Source: a bacterium
Lineage (GTDB): Bacteria; SAR324; NAC60-12
DNA: 64,000 bases
Reading direction: 5' to 3'
Assembly: GCA_965233585.1 (NCBI GenBank)
Contig: CBDDTI010000745.1
Span: 480,001 to 544,000 of the forward strand
A model generated the notes under the pieces. It was not told where the DNA came from and did no database searches. It saw only the letters and a program-made list of their open reading frames with translations. Of the stretch, positions 29,151-42,026 are shown piece by piece (the stretch's first letter is position 1; every line of letters starts with the position of its first letter). The translations under genes were made by a program, and so were the position numbers.

Positions 29151-30413
29151 CTACATACGAAAACTTTTGAGTGTTTTTGAATTGAATGACTCCTTGTCTT
29201 CGTATGCCTGATTGAGTCTGTCCATACAAGACCTAAAAACCTTACCGACAGCAGATGCGGGGTGGATTCTGTGGTCATGGTTAAAATTGACCAAAAACGT
29301 CATATATTCTCCAAATTTCTCTAGCTCTTGAAAATAGAGATGAATCAAAGCAACCAATAAAGTTGCTCGCATGTAGGAAGCAGGGTTGAGTTCAGGCAAA
29401 ATCTCTTTTAAAAGATTCAATGTTGTTCTGAGGTCTGCCTCTGCCTCTTTTTTAGAGCCTTGCTCCATGAACAATTCTGCACGAATGAGCAGTAAAAAAA
29501 TCAGCTTTCTTTTCTCTTTAATATTTTGTGAAAGTTCAAAACACAAAGTGTGAGCCTCTATTGCAAATTGATAGGCACAAACAGCACTCTGAAGGTCACG
29601 TTGGTCTGAAAATAAGTTTTCTTGTATCCCTTGAATTTGGGACTCTCTTTGAGAATACTGACCTGTCCACTTTTTTGTAAATGCTTGTAAATAAGATTCC
29701 CAACGGATTGAAGGAATATCTTGGTAATCTTTTTTAAATAAAAACCAAGAGTCTGTTGCAAACAAGCATTGAGGACACACCAAAACTCTCAAAAAATTAT
29801 AATTGCAAAAATCAAAATCTTTGATGGCTTTTAAGTAAACAGGAATCCCAAAAATATTTTGACCTGTCAGGATAGACTTCACCCGAAGTTTCCAATAAAC
29901 GACATTTTCAGATTGACAAAGAGGACAAACCACATATCTTGGTATCAAGGAAGATAAAGTACATGGTGGCTTTCTGATGGTTTTGGCAATAAAAAGCTCT
30001 GGGTTGAGAATGCGGGGGACGCCTTGTTCTGGGTGAACATATTGCCGAAAATGCAGTTCAATCAAGAATGTATGACCTTGATGGTTTTTAATGTTGGCTA
30101 CTCGTGTAGAAATGATTTCATACCATTCTTGTTCTAAATCTTCTGAATCAGGAGTTTTAGCAAGTCGGATTTGTACAACAGACTTGCGATTTAACACTTG
30201 TTTGCAAATCAAAACACACGCCTCCCTTGACAACTGAACGCAGATAGCTTTTGCCTTTATCGCATTGTAAAAAACTTGTGTTGGAATAGATTCTACATCT
30301 TGAAGGTTATCCCAAATTCTCTGTTGCTTGGCGTCCAATTCTGATTGATTAGAGCTTAAGCTCAGCTTGATAGAATCCTTTTTATTTTGTCCCATAAAAT
30401 ACTCTTTTTGCAA
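29151..30413 (-). CDS. DUF2225-like protein (two CxxC pairs plus helical/TPR-like region) with N-terminal extension
   Basis: VVCPLC...VLVCPQCLFA, followed by helical repeats. Confidence 0.6.
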   Translation of the reverse strand: MQKEYFMGQNKKDSIKLSLSSNQSELDAKQQRIWDNLQDVESIPTQVFYNAIKAKAICVQLSREACVLICKQVLNRKSVVQIRLAKTPDSEDLEQEWYEIISTRVANIKNHQGHTFLIELHFRQYVHPEQGVPRILNPELFIAKTIRKPPCTLSSLIPRYVVCPLCQSENVVYWKLRVKSILTGQNIFGIPVYLKAIKDFDFCNYNFLRVLVCPQCLFATDSWFLFKKDYQDIPSIRWESYLQAFTKKWTGQYSQRESQIQGIQENLFSDQRDLQSAVCAYQFAIEAHTLCFELSQNIKEKRKLIFLLLIRAELFMEQGSKKEAEADLRTTLNLLKEILPELNPASYMRATLLVALIHLYFQELEKFGEYMTFLVNFNHDHRIHPASAVGKVFRSCMDRLNQAYEDKESFNSKTLKSFRM

Positions 30414-30558
30414 AAAGGAATTATGGCATCAATGAGTGTTGAATCCAAGACTTTTTCATGTCTACTTTGATTTTTTGATTGAAAGATGCAAGAATGTCTG
30501 CCTCTTTTAGCTGATGTCTCATAGACTGATTTAATTTCTACTTTTTTGTACTTTGAAG

Positions 30559-31518
30559 ATGATGAAACCACCCGTTGTCGTTTTTATGGGGACTCCAGAA
30601 ATGGCAGTTCCTGTTTTGGACAAGTTATACCATTTTGAAAGATTAGGCAAAATTGAATTGCGTGCTGTTTACACTCAAGCACCGAGTGGAAGAAGAGCAG
30701 ACCAGCTGACACCTGTTCATCAGTTTGCTCAATCTCACGGCACAAAAGTTTTTGTTCCAACCACTTTCAAAACACAGGAACAATACCAGCATTTTTTACA
30801 GCTTCAACCCGACCTGAACCTTGTTTGTGCTTACGGTCAAATTTTACCCCAAAAGATTCTTAACGTCCCTTCTGTTGGTAGCTTTAACCTGCATTACTCA
30901 CTACTTCCACGATGGAGGGGGGCAAGTCCTATTCAGTCTTCTATCTTGCATGGAGACTCAACAACAGGGGTCTCTTTACAAAAAATGGTCAAAGAATTAG
31001 ATGCGGGTGCTATCGTGGCTTCCTCTGGTCATCTTTCCATTCAGTCAGATGACACCTATTTAAGTTTATCTAGCAAATTAAGTGATGCAGCGGCTGACTT
31101 GCTGGAACAAACCCTTCCAAATCTTCTTTCTCAACAATTTACTCTCCAAGCACAAGATTCTTCCTTGGTGACACATTGTTCAAAAATCGTGAAACACGAT
31201 GGCTTGATTGATTGGCAGTCTGAAACTGCTGAGGTGATAGAACGGAAGGTTCGTGCCTTCTTGCCTTGGCCTTGTGCATTTACTTTTCTGGGGGGCAAAA
31301 GGATTCAGCTCATGCAGGTTTCCATTCTTAAAGAATCCATTGAGGCAGGTCGGATTGAAAAAAGAGGTCAGGATATGATTGTCGGCACTAAAACAAAGGC
31401 ATTGAGGTTGGAACGTTTGAAACCAGAAGGCAAATCAGAGATGCAGGGGTCGTCATTCCTTCGGGGATATTCTAGTGCGATTGGAGCTTCTTTTTTAGTA
31501 CCAAAAAATGAGATCTAA
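30559..31518 (+). CDS. fmt: Methionyl-tRNA formyltransferase
   Basis: FMGTPE, AYGQIL, NLHYSLLPRWRGASPIQ, LDAG, PWP. Confidence 0.95.
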   Translation: MMKPPVVVFMGTPEMAVPVLDKLYHFERLGKIELRAVYTQAPSGRRADQLTPVHQFAQSHGTKVFVPTTFKTQEQYQHFLQLQPDLNLVCAYGQILPQKILNVPSVGSFNLHYSLLPRWRGASPIQSSILHGDSTTGVSLQKMVKELDAGAIVASSGHLSIQSDDTYLSLSSKLSDAAADLLEQTLPNLLSQQFTLQAQDSSLVTHCSKIVKHDGLIDWQSETAEVIERKVRAFLPWPCAFTFLGGKRIQLMQVSILKESIEAGRIEKRGQDMIVGTKTKALRLERLKPEGKSEMQGSSFLRGYSSAIGASFLVPKNEI

Positions 31519-32516
31519 TACTTGCAAATGTGTTCAAACAGATGTTGAAGTCTTTGTTTGGCATGGACTGCATGAAACTTTAGGGGAATGTCCATTTTGG
31601 CAAGTTGATTGATCGTAAAAAATAATTCTTTGTGAGAAAAAAGCCTTGCTTGTGCAATCATACGTTTCCCTAAAAAAGGGTGCAAGCCAAGCGATTTAAG
31701 GATGTCAGACTCGGCAGTGTGACACTGTAAAGCACAAGCAATCTGGGTTAATTTACGGAATTGCCTTGCTATCAAAGTAAAAAGCAACGCATGTTCGTTG
31801 GGTGATTGCCCAAGCACTTGGTCTAATGTTTCCAATGCAGGGGTCAGCTTTCTTTCAGACAAGGATTGAGTGATTCGGAAAATGGAAAATTCTGTGCCTC
31901 CACGAATGTTTTCTAATAAAGTGCCTTGCGTCACTGTGGCACCTTGGGGAAGCAATAAAGACAACTTTTCTAACTCTGAACCAAGCCTTGCCAGCTGATT
32001 ACCAGCCAGAGAAATCAACAACAATGCCGATGGTTTGGGAAGGATTAAGCCCAGTTTTTTCGCACGATTCATACACCATTGGTCTGGAGTTGCATCATCG
32101 TAGGTGACAAATTTATGAACCTTGCCTGATGCTTTAATCAATTTAAGCAAGGCAGCAGGTAGGTCTTGCTCTTTATTCATTTGTGCGGTGAGTATGACCC
32201 ATGTATCAGAACTTTTGGTGATAGATTCCAAGATGCCAGCAAGTTTTGAAATCAAATCTTTATGAGCTTTGATGGCTTCTAAATGGGAGAGAATGAAAAT
32301 TTGACAATCTATCAAAAAAGGTGGAGTTTGGAGGGTCAATAAGAATTGTTCAATTTGGTTTCCTTCTTGAGAAGATTTAAGCAATTCTTGCATGTTAAAA
32401 GATTGCACGCCAAGACCAGAATCACGTCCTGCTAAAAGATGCGATTCATAACGTGCTTGTTCTTCTTCAATCAGCACTTTGTTATTTCCATAAATCAAAA
32501 CCAGTCTTTCTTTCAT
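31515..32516 (-). CDS. holA: DNA polymerase III delta subunit
   Basis: LIYG start, TPPFL, ELEKL, SIFRI, GLHPF. Confidence 0.85.
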   Translation of the reverse strand: MKERLVLIYGNNKVLIEEEQARYESHLLAGRDSGLGVQSFNMQELLKSSQEGNQIEQFLLTLQTPPFLIDCQIFILSHLEAIKAHKDLISKLAGILESITKSSDTWVILTAQMNKEQDLPAALLKLIKASGKVHKFVTYDDATPDQWCMNRAKKLGLILPKPSALLLISLAGNQLARLGSELEKLSLLLPQGATVTQGTLLENIRGGTEFSIFRITQSLSERKLTPALETLDQVLGQSPNEHALLFTLIARQFRKLTQIACALQCHTAESDILKSLGLHPFLGKRMIAQARLFSHKELFFTINQLAKMDIPLKFHAVHAKQRLQHLFEHICKY

Positions 32517-32584
32517 TCTTAATTGTTTCTATTAAGTTTTTAGATTAAATTTTTGGCAGTTCTGCTTTTTTAAAATCCTTCAAA

Positions 32585-33754
32585 TCAAAAATACTCTGCC
32601 GTGCTGAAAATAGGAAGATAGATTGAAACTAAAGCAAACAAGACTCCACATGCTACAACCAAAATAGACACTGGTTCAATAAAAGACGTCACTAAATTCA
32701 TACGTCTTTCTAACCATTCTTGGTTGACCTCAACGATATGTTCAAAGGCTGATTCCAAATTGCCAACAGACTCTCCCATTGCCACTAAATGCACAAACAC
32801 TGGTGAAAATAGCTTTGAATCTGAATAGGCTTTTGCCAATGGTTCGCCATAATTGATTTTATAGTGGATATTTTGGACTTCGTTTAAAAAATCCTTTGAG
32901 ATGATGGATTCTGCCAGCTTTAATGATGTTCCAAAGTTTAAGCCTGCTTGAGTGGTCAAAGTCAATGACCTTGCATAAAACAATGTTTGGGTAGATTGTT
33001 CCATTTTTGAAAAGATAGGAATCCACCTTAAAAAGATGCTTAAACCCAGATATTGATGCCAAATTTTTCCAATCACTCCAATCATCACAACTGCCAATAA
33101 CCACACCAAAGGATAGGTTCTTAAAGACGAACTGAACATCATCACAACTTGTGTCGTGAAAGGGAGGTCATTTTTAAAAGAGCCAAAAAGGTTTTCAAAC
33201 ATCGGCACAATAAAAATCAAGATGGCTAAAAAAATCAGACTTGACAACGCTGAGACAATCACAGGATAAAGCAACATCTTTTGTCTTTGTTTTGAGATAT
33301 TTAGACGTGTTTCAAAGAAGACAAAAAGTTGTTTTAAGATGATAGGAAGTTGGTCTGAATATTCTGCAACGCTCATTAATTTCAAGAAGAGAGGAGGCCA
33401 ATATTTTTCAAATCGTTCAAAAGCAAATTGTAGCGAACGTCCTTCTTTCAAATCTTCTCTAATTTGGCAAAGGATATATGCAAAAGTTGGATTTCTTTGG
33501 TATCGGATTATGAAGTTTAAAGATTCAAGAAAGCCAATGCCAGAGGCTAGCATCTTTTGAAGCTGAAGGAGAAAGTCAACTAACAGTTGAATGGAGATAG
33601 GAATTTTAAGTTGACTGGAGGCAATGTATCGGATTTTCGTCATGAAGATATTTTGTTGCTTAAGTTGAAGTTTCAGAGAATTAGGGTTTGTTAAATCGCT
33701 GATTCCTTCATATTCTTGACCTTCTATGTCAAGACCACTCCAAAAATAGGGCAT
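32585..33754 (-). CDS. Type II secretion F / type IV pilus platform protein (PilC-like)
   Basis: QLQKMLASG, LKEGRSL, LYP..V, IVPMF, GESVGNL, IEP, IYLPIF. Confidence 0.88.
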   Translation of the reverse strand: MPYFWSGLDIEGQEYEGISDLTNPNSLKLQLKQQNIFMTKIRYIASSQLKIPISIQLLVDFLLQLQKMLASGIGFLESLNFIIRYQRNPTFAYILCQIREDLKEGRSLQFAFERFEKYWPPLFLKLMSVAEYSDQLPIILKQLFVFFETRLNISKQRQKMLLYPVIVSALSSLIFLAILIFIVPMFENLFGSFKNDLPFTTQVVMMFSSSLRTYPLVWLLAVVMIGVIGKIWHQYLGLSIFLRWIPIFSKMEQSTQTLFYARSLTLTTQAGLNFGTSLKLAESIISKDFLNEVQNIHYKINYGEPLAKAYSDSKLFSPVFVHLVAMGESVGNLESAFEHIVEVNQEWLERRMNLVTSFIEPVSILVVACGVLFALVSIYLPIFSTAEYF

Positions 33755-35070
33755 TACTTCTTTTTAGGTTGTCTCTTTCGTTTTCTCCAAACAACTTGGA
33801 TTGGAACACCTTCAAAGCCAAAATGATAACGCAATTTATTAATCATGTAACGTTGGTAAGATGTATCAATGGCTTGGGGTTGATTAGAAACAAAGGCAAA
33901 TTTTGGAGGGGCAGAAGCAATTTGACTTCCGTAATAGACTGATGTGCTTTTTCCTAACTTTGCAGGGGGGGCATGCCTCATTAAAATCTCTTTTAGAGCT
34001 AAATTGACATGATAGGTGGAGATGCGTTTGGAATATTGTTGCCAAATCCACTCTGCTTGTTCAAAAGCCTTATCAAGTCCTTTGCCAGTTTTGGCAGAAA
34101 CACAAACGATTGGAACATGTTCTAAAAAGGTCAAAGAGTGATGAATTTGTTTTTCTAGTTGATTTTGTGATGTTTTCAATAAATCTATTTTATTGCATAA
34201 AATGACAACAGGTTTGTTTTTTTTGCAAAGCAAGTCAGCCAGCTTGGCTGTTTGATTGCAAACTCCCTCAGTAGAATCAACGACTAAAAACACAAGATTT
34301 GCTTGTTCTGCAGAACGAAGACTTGAAGACACACAAAATTGCTCTATTTTTTCATGGACTTTGTTTTTTCTGCGAACTCCTGCTGTGTCAATCAGGCTGT
34401 AGCTTTTTCCTTTTCTGGTGATGATAGACTCCACAGAATCTCTAGTGGTGCCTGGTACATCATCAACAATCATTCTCTCCCTACCAAGCAGACAATTCAC
34501 CAAAGAGGATTTTCCTGCGTTAGGCTTTCCAAGTAATGTCAGCTTTAAAGTAGGATTTGCTGGTTTAGAAGTTTGTGAGTGATTGAAAGAGGCAAAAACG
34601 TTTTTCAGGAGGGAATCTATACCAAGATTATGTTCTGCAGAGATAGGAAAAATTTTTGATGCACCAGAGCGATAAAAGTCATAAGTCAAGTCATTCAATT
34701 TGTCAGAATCAGTTTTATTGATTGCAAAATAAAAAGGTTTGCCAGAACATCTGACCTGATGAAAAATTTGTTTGTCTTCATCTAAAAAACCATCTCTGAC
34801 ATCGGTCAAAAAGATGATGGCATCAGATTCCTTGATGGCACTTTCAACCTGTTCTCTAATTTTGGAACTCATTTGGCTTGAATGAAAATCAAGCCCCCCT
34901 GTGTCAATGAGTCTTGCTTTTGAACCCAAAAAATCCATAATGCTCTCATTTCTATCGCGTGTGACACCGGGCTGATTATTGACAATCGCCTTACGACTTT
35001 GGACAAGGCGATTGAAAAGGGTTGACTTCCCTACGTTAGGTCTCCCAACGATAGCGATACAAGGGAGCAT
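33754..35070 (-). CDS. der: Ribosome biogenesis GTPase Der
   Basis: Two G domains: GRPNVGKS/DTGG/NKTD and GKPNAGKS/DTAG/NKID. Confidence 0.97.
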   Translation of the reverse strand: MLPCIAIVGRPNVGKSTLFNRLVQSRKAIVNNQPGVTRDRNESIMDFLGSKARLIDTGGLDFHSSQMSSKIREQVESAIKESDAIIFLTDVRDGFLDEDKQIFHQVRCSGKPFYFAINKTDSDKLNDLTYDFYRSGASKIFPISAEHNLGIDSLLKNVFASFNHSQTSKPANPTLKLTLLGKPNAGKSSLVNCLLGRERMIVDDVPGTTRDSVESIITRKGKSYSLIDTAGVRRKNKVHEKIEQFCVSSSLRSAEQANLVFLVVDSTEGVCNQTAKLADLLCKKNKPVVILCNKIDLLKTSQNQLEKQIHHSLTFLEHVPIVCVSAKTGKGLDKAFEQAEWIWQQYSKRISTYHVNLALKEILMRHAPPAKLGKSTSVYYGSQIASAPPKFAFVSNQPQAIDTSYQRYMINKLRYHFGFEGVPIQVVWRKRKRQPKKK

Positions 35071-35071
35071 G

Positions 35072-37486
<2,415 letters not shown>

Positions 37487-37515
37487 TTATTAGAAAAGTC
37501 ATTACATAGTCAGGA

Positions 37516-38594
37516 TCAATCGTGATGAACCACACCTTGTCTGATGGCAAGATGTTGACCTTCATTTTTAAACTGATCTGGAAAATTGGTTGAAGTGATA
37601 AAAATTTGATTTGGTATGTCAGCAAAAAACTGCATAATCTGATTGCAAACAGACCTATCAAATTCTGAAAATAAGTCGTCAAAAATTAAAATAGAATTTG
37701 TTTGACAACTTTCCGAGATTAAATCATTAATTGCTATTTTTAAAGCAAGAGTCGTGATTTTCATCTCTCCTTGTGAAAAAAACTCTTTGTCTCCTTTTTC
37801 ATCTAAAAACAATTTGAAGTCATCACGATGCGCTCCAAAGCAGGAATAGCCATAGTCTTTCTCTCTTTGTTTCTGCTTCTCTAGTTTTTCAAAAATAGCT
37901 TTCTCACAACTTAGGGTCTCTTTTGCCAAACAAGGAAGATACTTTAAAGACAACTTTTCGTGACGTAATGTCATCTTCTGAAAAAGCAAAGTCAATTTAA
38001 GATTCAACTTCTCAATATATTCTTGACGAAACTTGCAAATGTTCATGGTAATTTGAGCAAGGATTTGATTCCAGTAAGAAATTTGAGAGAGGTCTTTGTG
38101 TTTCAGTAAAGCATTTTTTTGCTCTAAAACCTGCTTGAGTCTTTGAACTTCTAAAAAATAATCAGATGAGATGAAAGAAAAGGTTCTATCAAAAAAACGT
38201 CTTCTCTCGCTGGGAGAAAAACGAAAAAGGTTGACGTCTGAAGGCGTGAATGCAATTACAAAAAAAAACGGACAAAATCGGAGGCTTTGTGGCAAATTTT
38301 ATCATCAAGAAACACTTGCTTTCCTTTAGTCGTTAACAAAGTTCTCACTTTATGGAATACGCCATCTTTCGCAATAGTTGCCCAAATGTTTGAAAACTCT
38401 TTGCCATGAAGAGTCAACAAATGAGTTTTGAAAGGTCGGAAAGAATCCAAAGAACAGGCATAGTAAATGGCTTCTACTAAGCTTGTCTTACCCGCACCAT
38501 TCAAACCTGAAATTAAGTTCAAGTTTGGGGAAAATGTCATGCTTTGGTCTTCATAAAGCCTAAAGTTCAACAGCCTCATCTCTTTGACTACCAT
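37516..38594 (-). pseudogene. recF: RecF, frameshifted in a T9 tract (38260-38268)
   Basis: N-part NFR, GLNGAGKTS, SFR; C-part P.ERRRFFD, GAHRDD, SQGE, FDDLFSEFD; located between dnaN and gyrB. Confidence 0.9.
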
Positions 38595-39709
38595 TCAATC
38601 CTCAAAGGCATCAACACTGATAAAAATTCAGAAGAATCAGCATCTTTGACCAAAGCTGCTGCCATTGCATCATTTTTAAAGAAAAGATGCACAGTGTCAC
38701 CTTCTATCACATTCAAAACATCAAGAAGATACTTTGCATTAAATCCAATTTGAAAGGTATCGCCTTCATATTCAATACCAATTTCATCAGTAATTTCACC
38801 ATACTCACCTTTTTCACTTTCCAAGATGAGCTTATCATTCATCAATGTTAGTTTAATGGGTTTGATTTTCTCATAACTAATCAAGGACACAATTTTAATT
38901 GCAGAAATCAGCTCCTCTTTGCGTGCTTTGAATTGGAGTTCACAATCAGACTCCTTTGGAATGATTGGGTCGCAGTTTGGAAACTTCCCATCAATCAATC
39001 TTGTTTTAAAAATGATATTTTCACCAACGAATTGAAGAGACATTTCATCAAACAAAATTTGCAATTCAGCACCAAACAAAGGCAAAGCACGTATAATCTC
39101 TTGAAGTGCATCGCGTGGCACAATAATCTCTTGCAACTCTTCATATTCAATGGATTCATTAGTTGAGAGGACTTGAGCAAGCCGATGCCCGTCCGTTGCA
39201 ATCCAACGAGACGTATTCTGGTCTAAAGTAGAAAGGCAAACTCCCATCAAATTACGCCTAGATTCATTCATTTGCGATGCAAACAAAGTCATATTTGCAC
39301 AACGTTTCAGGTTTTGTGCAGATATTGTAATTTTGGAGGAGAAGTCACTTTGTTCAATTTTTGGGTAAAGTTCTGCATCAATGGAGGCAAGTTTTAATTT
39401 TGTATTTCCATTAACAATTTCAATCCATAGGTCAGAAAGCGATGTAATAGACACTGTAGCCTCTTTAAATTCACGACAAGCATCGTAAAGACGTTTAGCA
39501 TTGACGCAAATCACACCTTCTTCCAAAATCTCTGCCTTAAATTTTCCTATGACAGATAATTCATAATTGGTTGCAGAAACTTCTATGATGTCTTTCTCTG
39601 TCTTAATCAAGAAATTAGCAAGAATGGGCTTCATGCCACTCTTATCCGAAATGGCTGTTACAATTTGTAAAACTTCTATGAGTGTTTCTTTTTGAATATT
39701 TATTTTCAT
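38588..39709 (-). CDS. dnaN: DNA polymerase III beta clamp
   Basis: PILANF, ATDGHRL, RLIDGKFP, IGFNAKYLLD, VLMPLR. Confidence 0.97.
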   Translation of the reverse strand: MKINIQKETLIEVLQIVTAISDKSGMKPILANFLIKTEKDIIEVSATNYELSVIGKFKAEILEEGVICVNAKRLYDACREFKEATVSITSLSDLWIEIVNGNTKLKLASIDAELYPKIEQSDFSSKITISAQNLKRCANMTLFASQMNESRRNLMGVCLSTLDQNTSRWIATDGHRLAQVLSTNESIEYEELQEIIVPRDALQEIIRALPLFGAELQILFDEMSLQFVGENIIFKTRLIDGKFPNCDPIIPKESDCELQFKARKEELISAIKIVSLISYEKIKPIKLTLMNDKLILESEKGEYGEITDEIGIEYEGDTFQIGFNAKYLLDVLNVIEGDTVHLFFKNDAMAAALVKDADSSEFLSVLMPLRIEW

Positions 39710-39937
39710 AACTTCTTTATTTAGTAATCTTAATAGGACATTGAAAGTTTAAAAAATGATGACGTCCCTTGTGAACACAACATTTTTTTAATTTGAGAGA
39801 TGATTTAAAAGACAACAAAATTTTGCAGAATTTTTGTGAGAAAGAGCATCAGACTCGTCAAGTTGCAAAATTTTGCAACTTTGTTAATCTAGCAACGTCA
39901 ATTTTGTTAACTTATTGATTTTATTGATTTTATATTG
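39710..39937. other. Candidate replication origin (oriC) / dnaN upstream region
   Basis: Minus-strand GTCC-TAT-TAA-GAT-TAC-TAA next to dnaN, degenerate DnaA-box-like TGTGAGAAA and TGTGAACAC, 22-bp palindrome at 39860-39881, gene orientation switch nearby. Confidence 0.45.
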
Positions 39938-40561
39938 TTAGTCATTGAGTAAGTTTTGAATTTCAGAAAACCCCTTGCCTTCTCTAACCACTTTGGGATT
40001 TGATTCTGTAAAATCTACAATGGTAGAGTGTTCGGCAAAAATAATTCCCCCATTGATGACCAAATCAACTTGATTTTTATATTCTTCATAAAGTTCTTCT
40101 GGATTGTTGTAGAGTATGTCATCTGAATTTTTAAGGCTAACACTTAACATGGGGTTGCCCAAACTTTTAACAAGGTCTGTAGCAATGATGTGATTTGGAA
40201 AGCGGCAACCAATTTTTTTTCGCTTGTGTAAAATATTCTTCGGATTTGCTTTGGAGGCTTCAAAAATCAAGGTATAGGGTCCTGGCAGGATTTTTCTCAT
40301 AATTTTAAAAGTCGCATTGGAAATTCCTGATGAATACGTCTGGATTTCTCTTTCGCTAGAACAAATGAGAGAAAGAGGTTTTTGTTCGTCAAGTTTTCTG
40401 ATTCTACGAAGTTTGTCTATTGCTTTTTTGCTTAAAATATTGCAGCCCAGCCCATAAACGGTGTCTGTGGGGTAAATAATCACACCATCGTTATTGAGAA
40501 TGTCAATAGCCTTTTGAATGAGTCTTGGCGGAGGTGTTTCTGGGTGAATTTTCAACAACAT
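39938..40561 (-). CDS. Sua5/YciO/YrdC family protein (YciO-like)
   Basis: IHPETP..RLI, YPTDTVYGLGC, PGPYT, STIVD. Confidence 0.9.
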   Translation of the reverse strand: MLLKIHPETPPPRLIQKAIDILNNDGVIIYPTDTVYGLGCNILSKKAIDKLRRIRKLDEQKPLSLICSSEREIQTYSSGISNATFKIMRKILPGPYTLIFEASKANPKNILHKRKKIGCRFPNHIIATDLVKSLGNPMLSVSLKNSDDILYNNPEELYEEYKNQVDLVINGGIIFAEHSTIVDFTESNPKVVREGKGFSEIQNLLND

Positions 40562-40719
40562 GTCTCAAAGTCAAAAGCAAAACCCAGAATTGTAACATTG
40601 TTCTTAAAAAATCGTAAACAATAATTGAAACATGAAGAAGTGAGGAATTTGGAAGAATTTGAGGTTACGGTAAAATGGCTTTTAATCTAGTTTTGATCCT
40701 TTTCCCAAATTGATGGTTG

Positions 40720-41760
40720 TCATGCCAACTCAATGAGCTGATCTAGCAGGTCTGGATATTGTAAACCTGATGCCTCCCAAAGTTTGGGATACATACTAAT
40801 TTCTGTAAATCCGGGTAGAGTGTTGACTTCATTGATAAAAAAAGAACCATCTGGTTTGAGAAAAAAATCTACTCTTGCCAATCCTTGACATTCCAGACAT
40901 TGAAAAGCTGAAACAGCACATTGACGGATTTTTTGTAACAACTTTTCAGAAAGATCAGATTTAATCACGACATCGCTGCTATTGATGTATTTATTTTCGT
41001 AAGAGTAAAACTGATTTGGCTCTAATATGACTTCTCCAATCACATCGCTGGCTTTGGGAGTATGATTGCCAAGCACAGCACATTCAATCTCTTGGGCTTT
41101 GATGAAGGGTTCAATGATGATTTTCTTATCGTGCTGAAATGCCGTTGCGACAGCCTCTTTAAACTCATCTGAATTAGAGGCTTTGGAAACCCCAACAGCA
41201 GAACCCAGACGACAAGGTTTGACAAATAAAATGTTTGACCCCAATTCTTTCACTGCTTGTTCAAAAGGAAGGTGGTCTTTGAATCTCAATGGTAAAAAAG
41301 GGACAATGGGAAGCTGATTGTCTCTTAAAAGACGCTTTGTCATCTCTTTGTCATTGGCAATGGCAGAACTCAAGGTTTGGCTACCGACAAATGGAACTTC
41401 CAAAAATTGTAAAAAACCTTGTAAAATGCCGTCTTCCCCTGTTGTTCCGTGAATAATGGGGAAGGCAACATCAATTTTTTCTATTGGTGATGATGTTGCT
41501 TTGTCAAGAAGGTGTCCACCCTTGACCAGATAAACTTCAGGTTTGTTAGAATTGATTTGAATATCCTTGACATTTTGACCAATCAAACCATCATCAGTTA
41601 AACTTAATCTCCATGTCCCGTTATATTCAACTGCGATAGTAATGATGCGATATTTGTTTTTATCAAGTCGCGAAATAATATTTTTTGCTGAAACCAGAGA
41701 AACTTGATGCTCACAGCTTCTTCCTCCACAAATCACAGCAACGTTTTTCAGTTGGTTCAT
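40720..41760 (-). CDS. ddl: D-alanine--D-alanine ligase
   Basis: GGRSCEHQVS, HGTTGEDG, FYSYENKY, EVNTLPGFT..SMYP. Confidence 0.96.
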   Translation of the reverse strand: MNQLKNVAVICGGRSCEHQVSLVSAKNIISRLDKNKYRIITIAVEYNGTWRLSLTDDGLIGQNVKDIQINSNKPEVYLVKGGHLLDKATSSPIEKIDVAFPIIHGTTGEDGILQGFLQFLEVPFVGSQTLSSAIANDKEMTKRLLRDNQLPIVPFLPLRFKDHLPFEQAVKELGSNILFVKPCRLGSAVGVSKASNSDEFKEAVATAFQHDKKIIIEPFIKAQEIECAVLGNHTPKASDVIGEVILEPNQFYSYENKYINSSDVVIKSDLSEKLLQKIRQCAVSAFQCLECQGLARVDFFLKPDGSFFINEVNTLPGFTEISMYPKLWEASGLQYPDLLDQLIELA

Positions 41761-41798
41761 GTTAAATGTTTTTTGGTTGAAAAAATTTATTTTAATCT

Positions 41799-42026
41799 AT
41801 GAAGTCATCTTATTCCAGACTTTTACTGCTAAGCTCAATGGGGTTAGAGTTGGGCTTGTCTGTCATTGTTGGTTCTTTCATTGGTTTGTATCTTGATGAG
41901 AAATTTGGGACAGATCCTTGGCTGTTGCTATTGTTTGTCATTTTTGGAATCATTGCTGGTTATCGCAGCTTGTATAGAGTTTTAAAAAAAATGTTAAAAG
42001 AGGACAAAAAAGATGAATCAGGTTAG
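41799..42026 (+). CDS. atpZ: AtpZ / ATP synthase gene-1 protein
   Basis: GLYLDEKFGTDPW, two TM segments, first gene of the F0 operon. Confidence 0.85.
   Translation: MKSSYSRLLLLSSMGLELGLSVIVGSFIGLYLDEKFGTDPWLLLLFVIFGIIAGYRSLYRVLKKMLKEDKKDESG

Noticed and set aside
40720..41760. VanA-type D-Ala-D-Lac ligase
   Set aside because: The omega loop FYSYENKY keeps the Tyr typical of D-Ala-D-Ala ligases, and there are no van genes nearby
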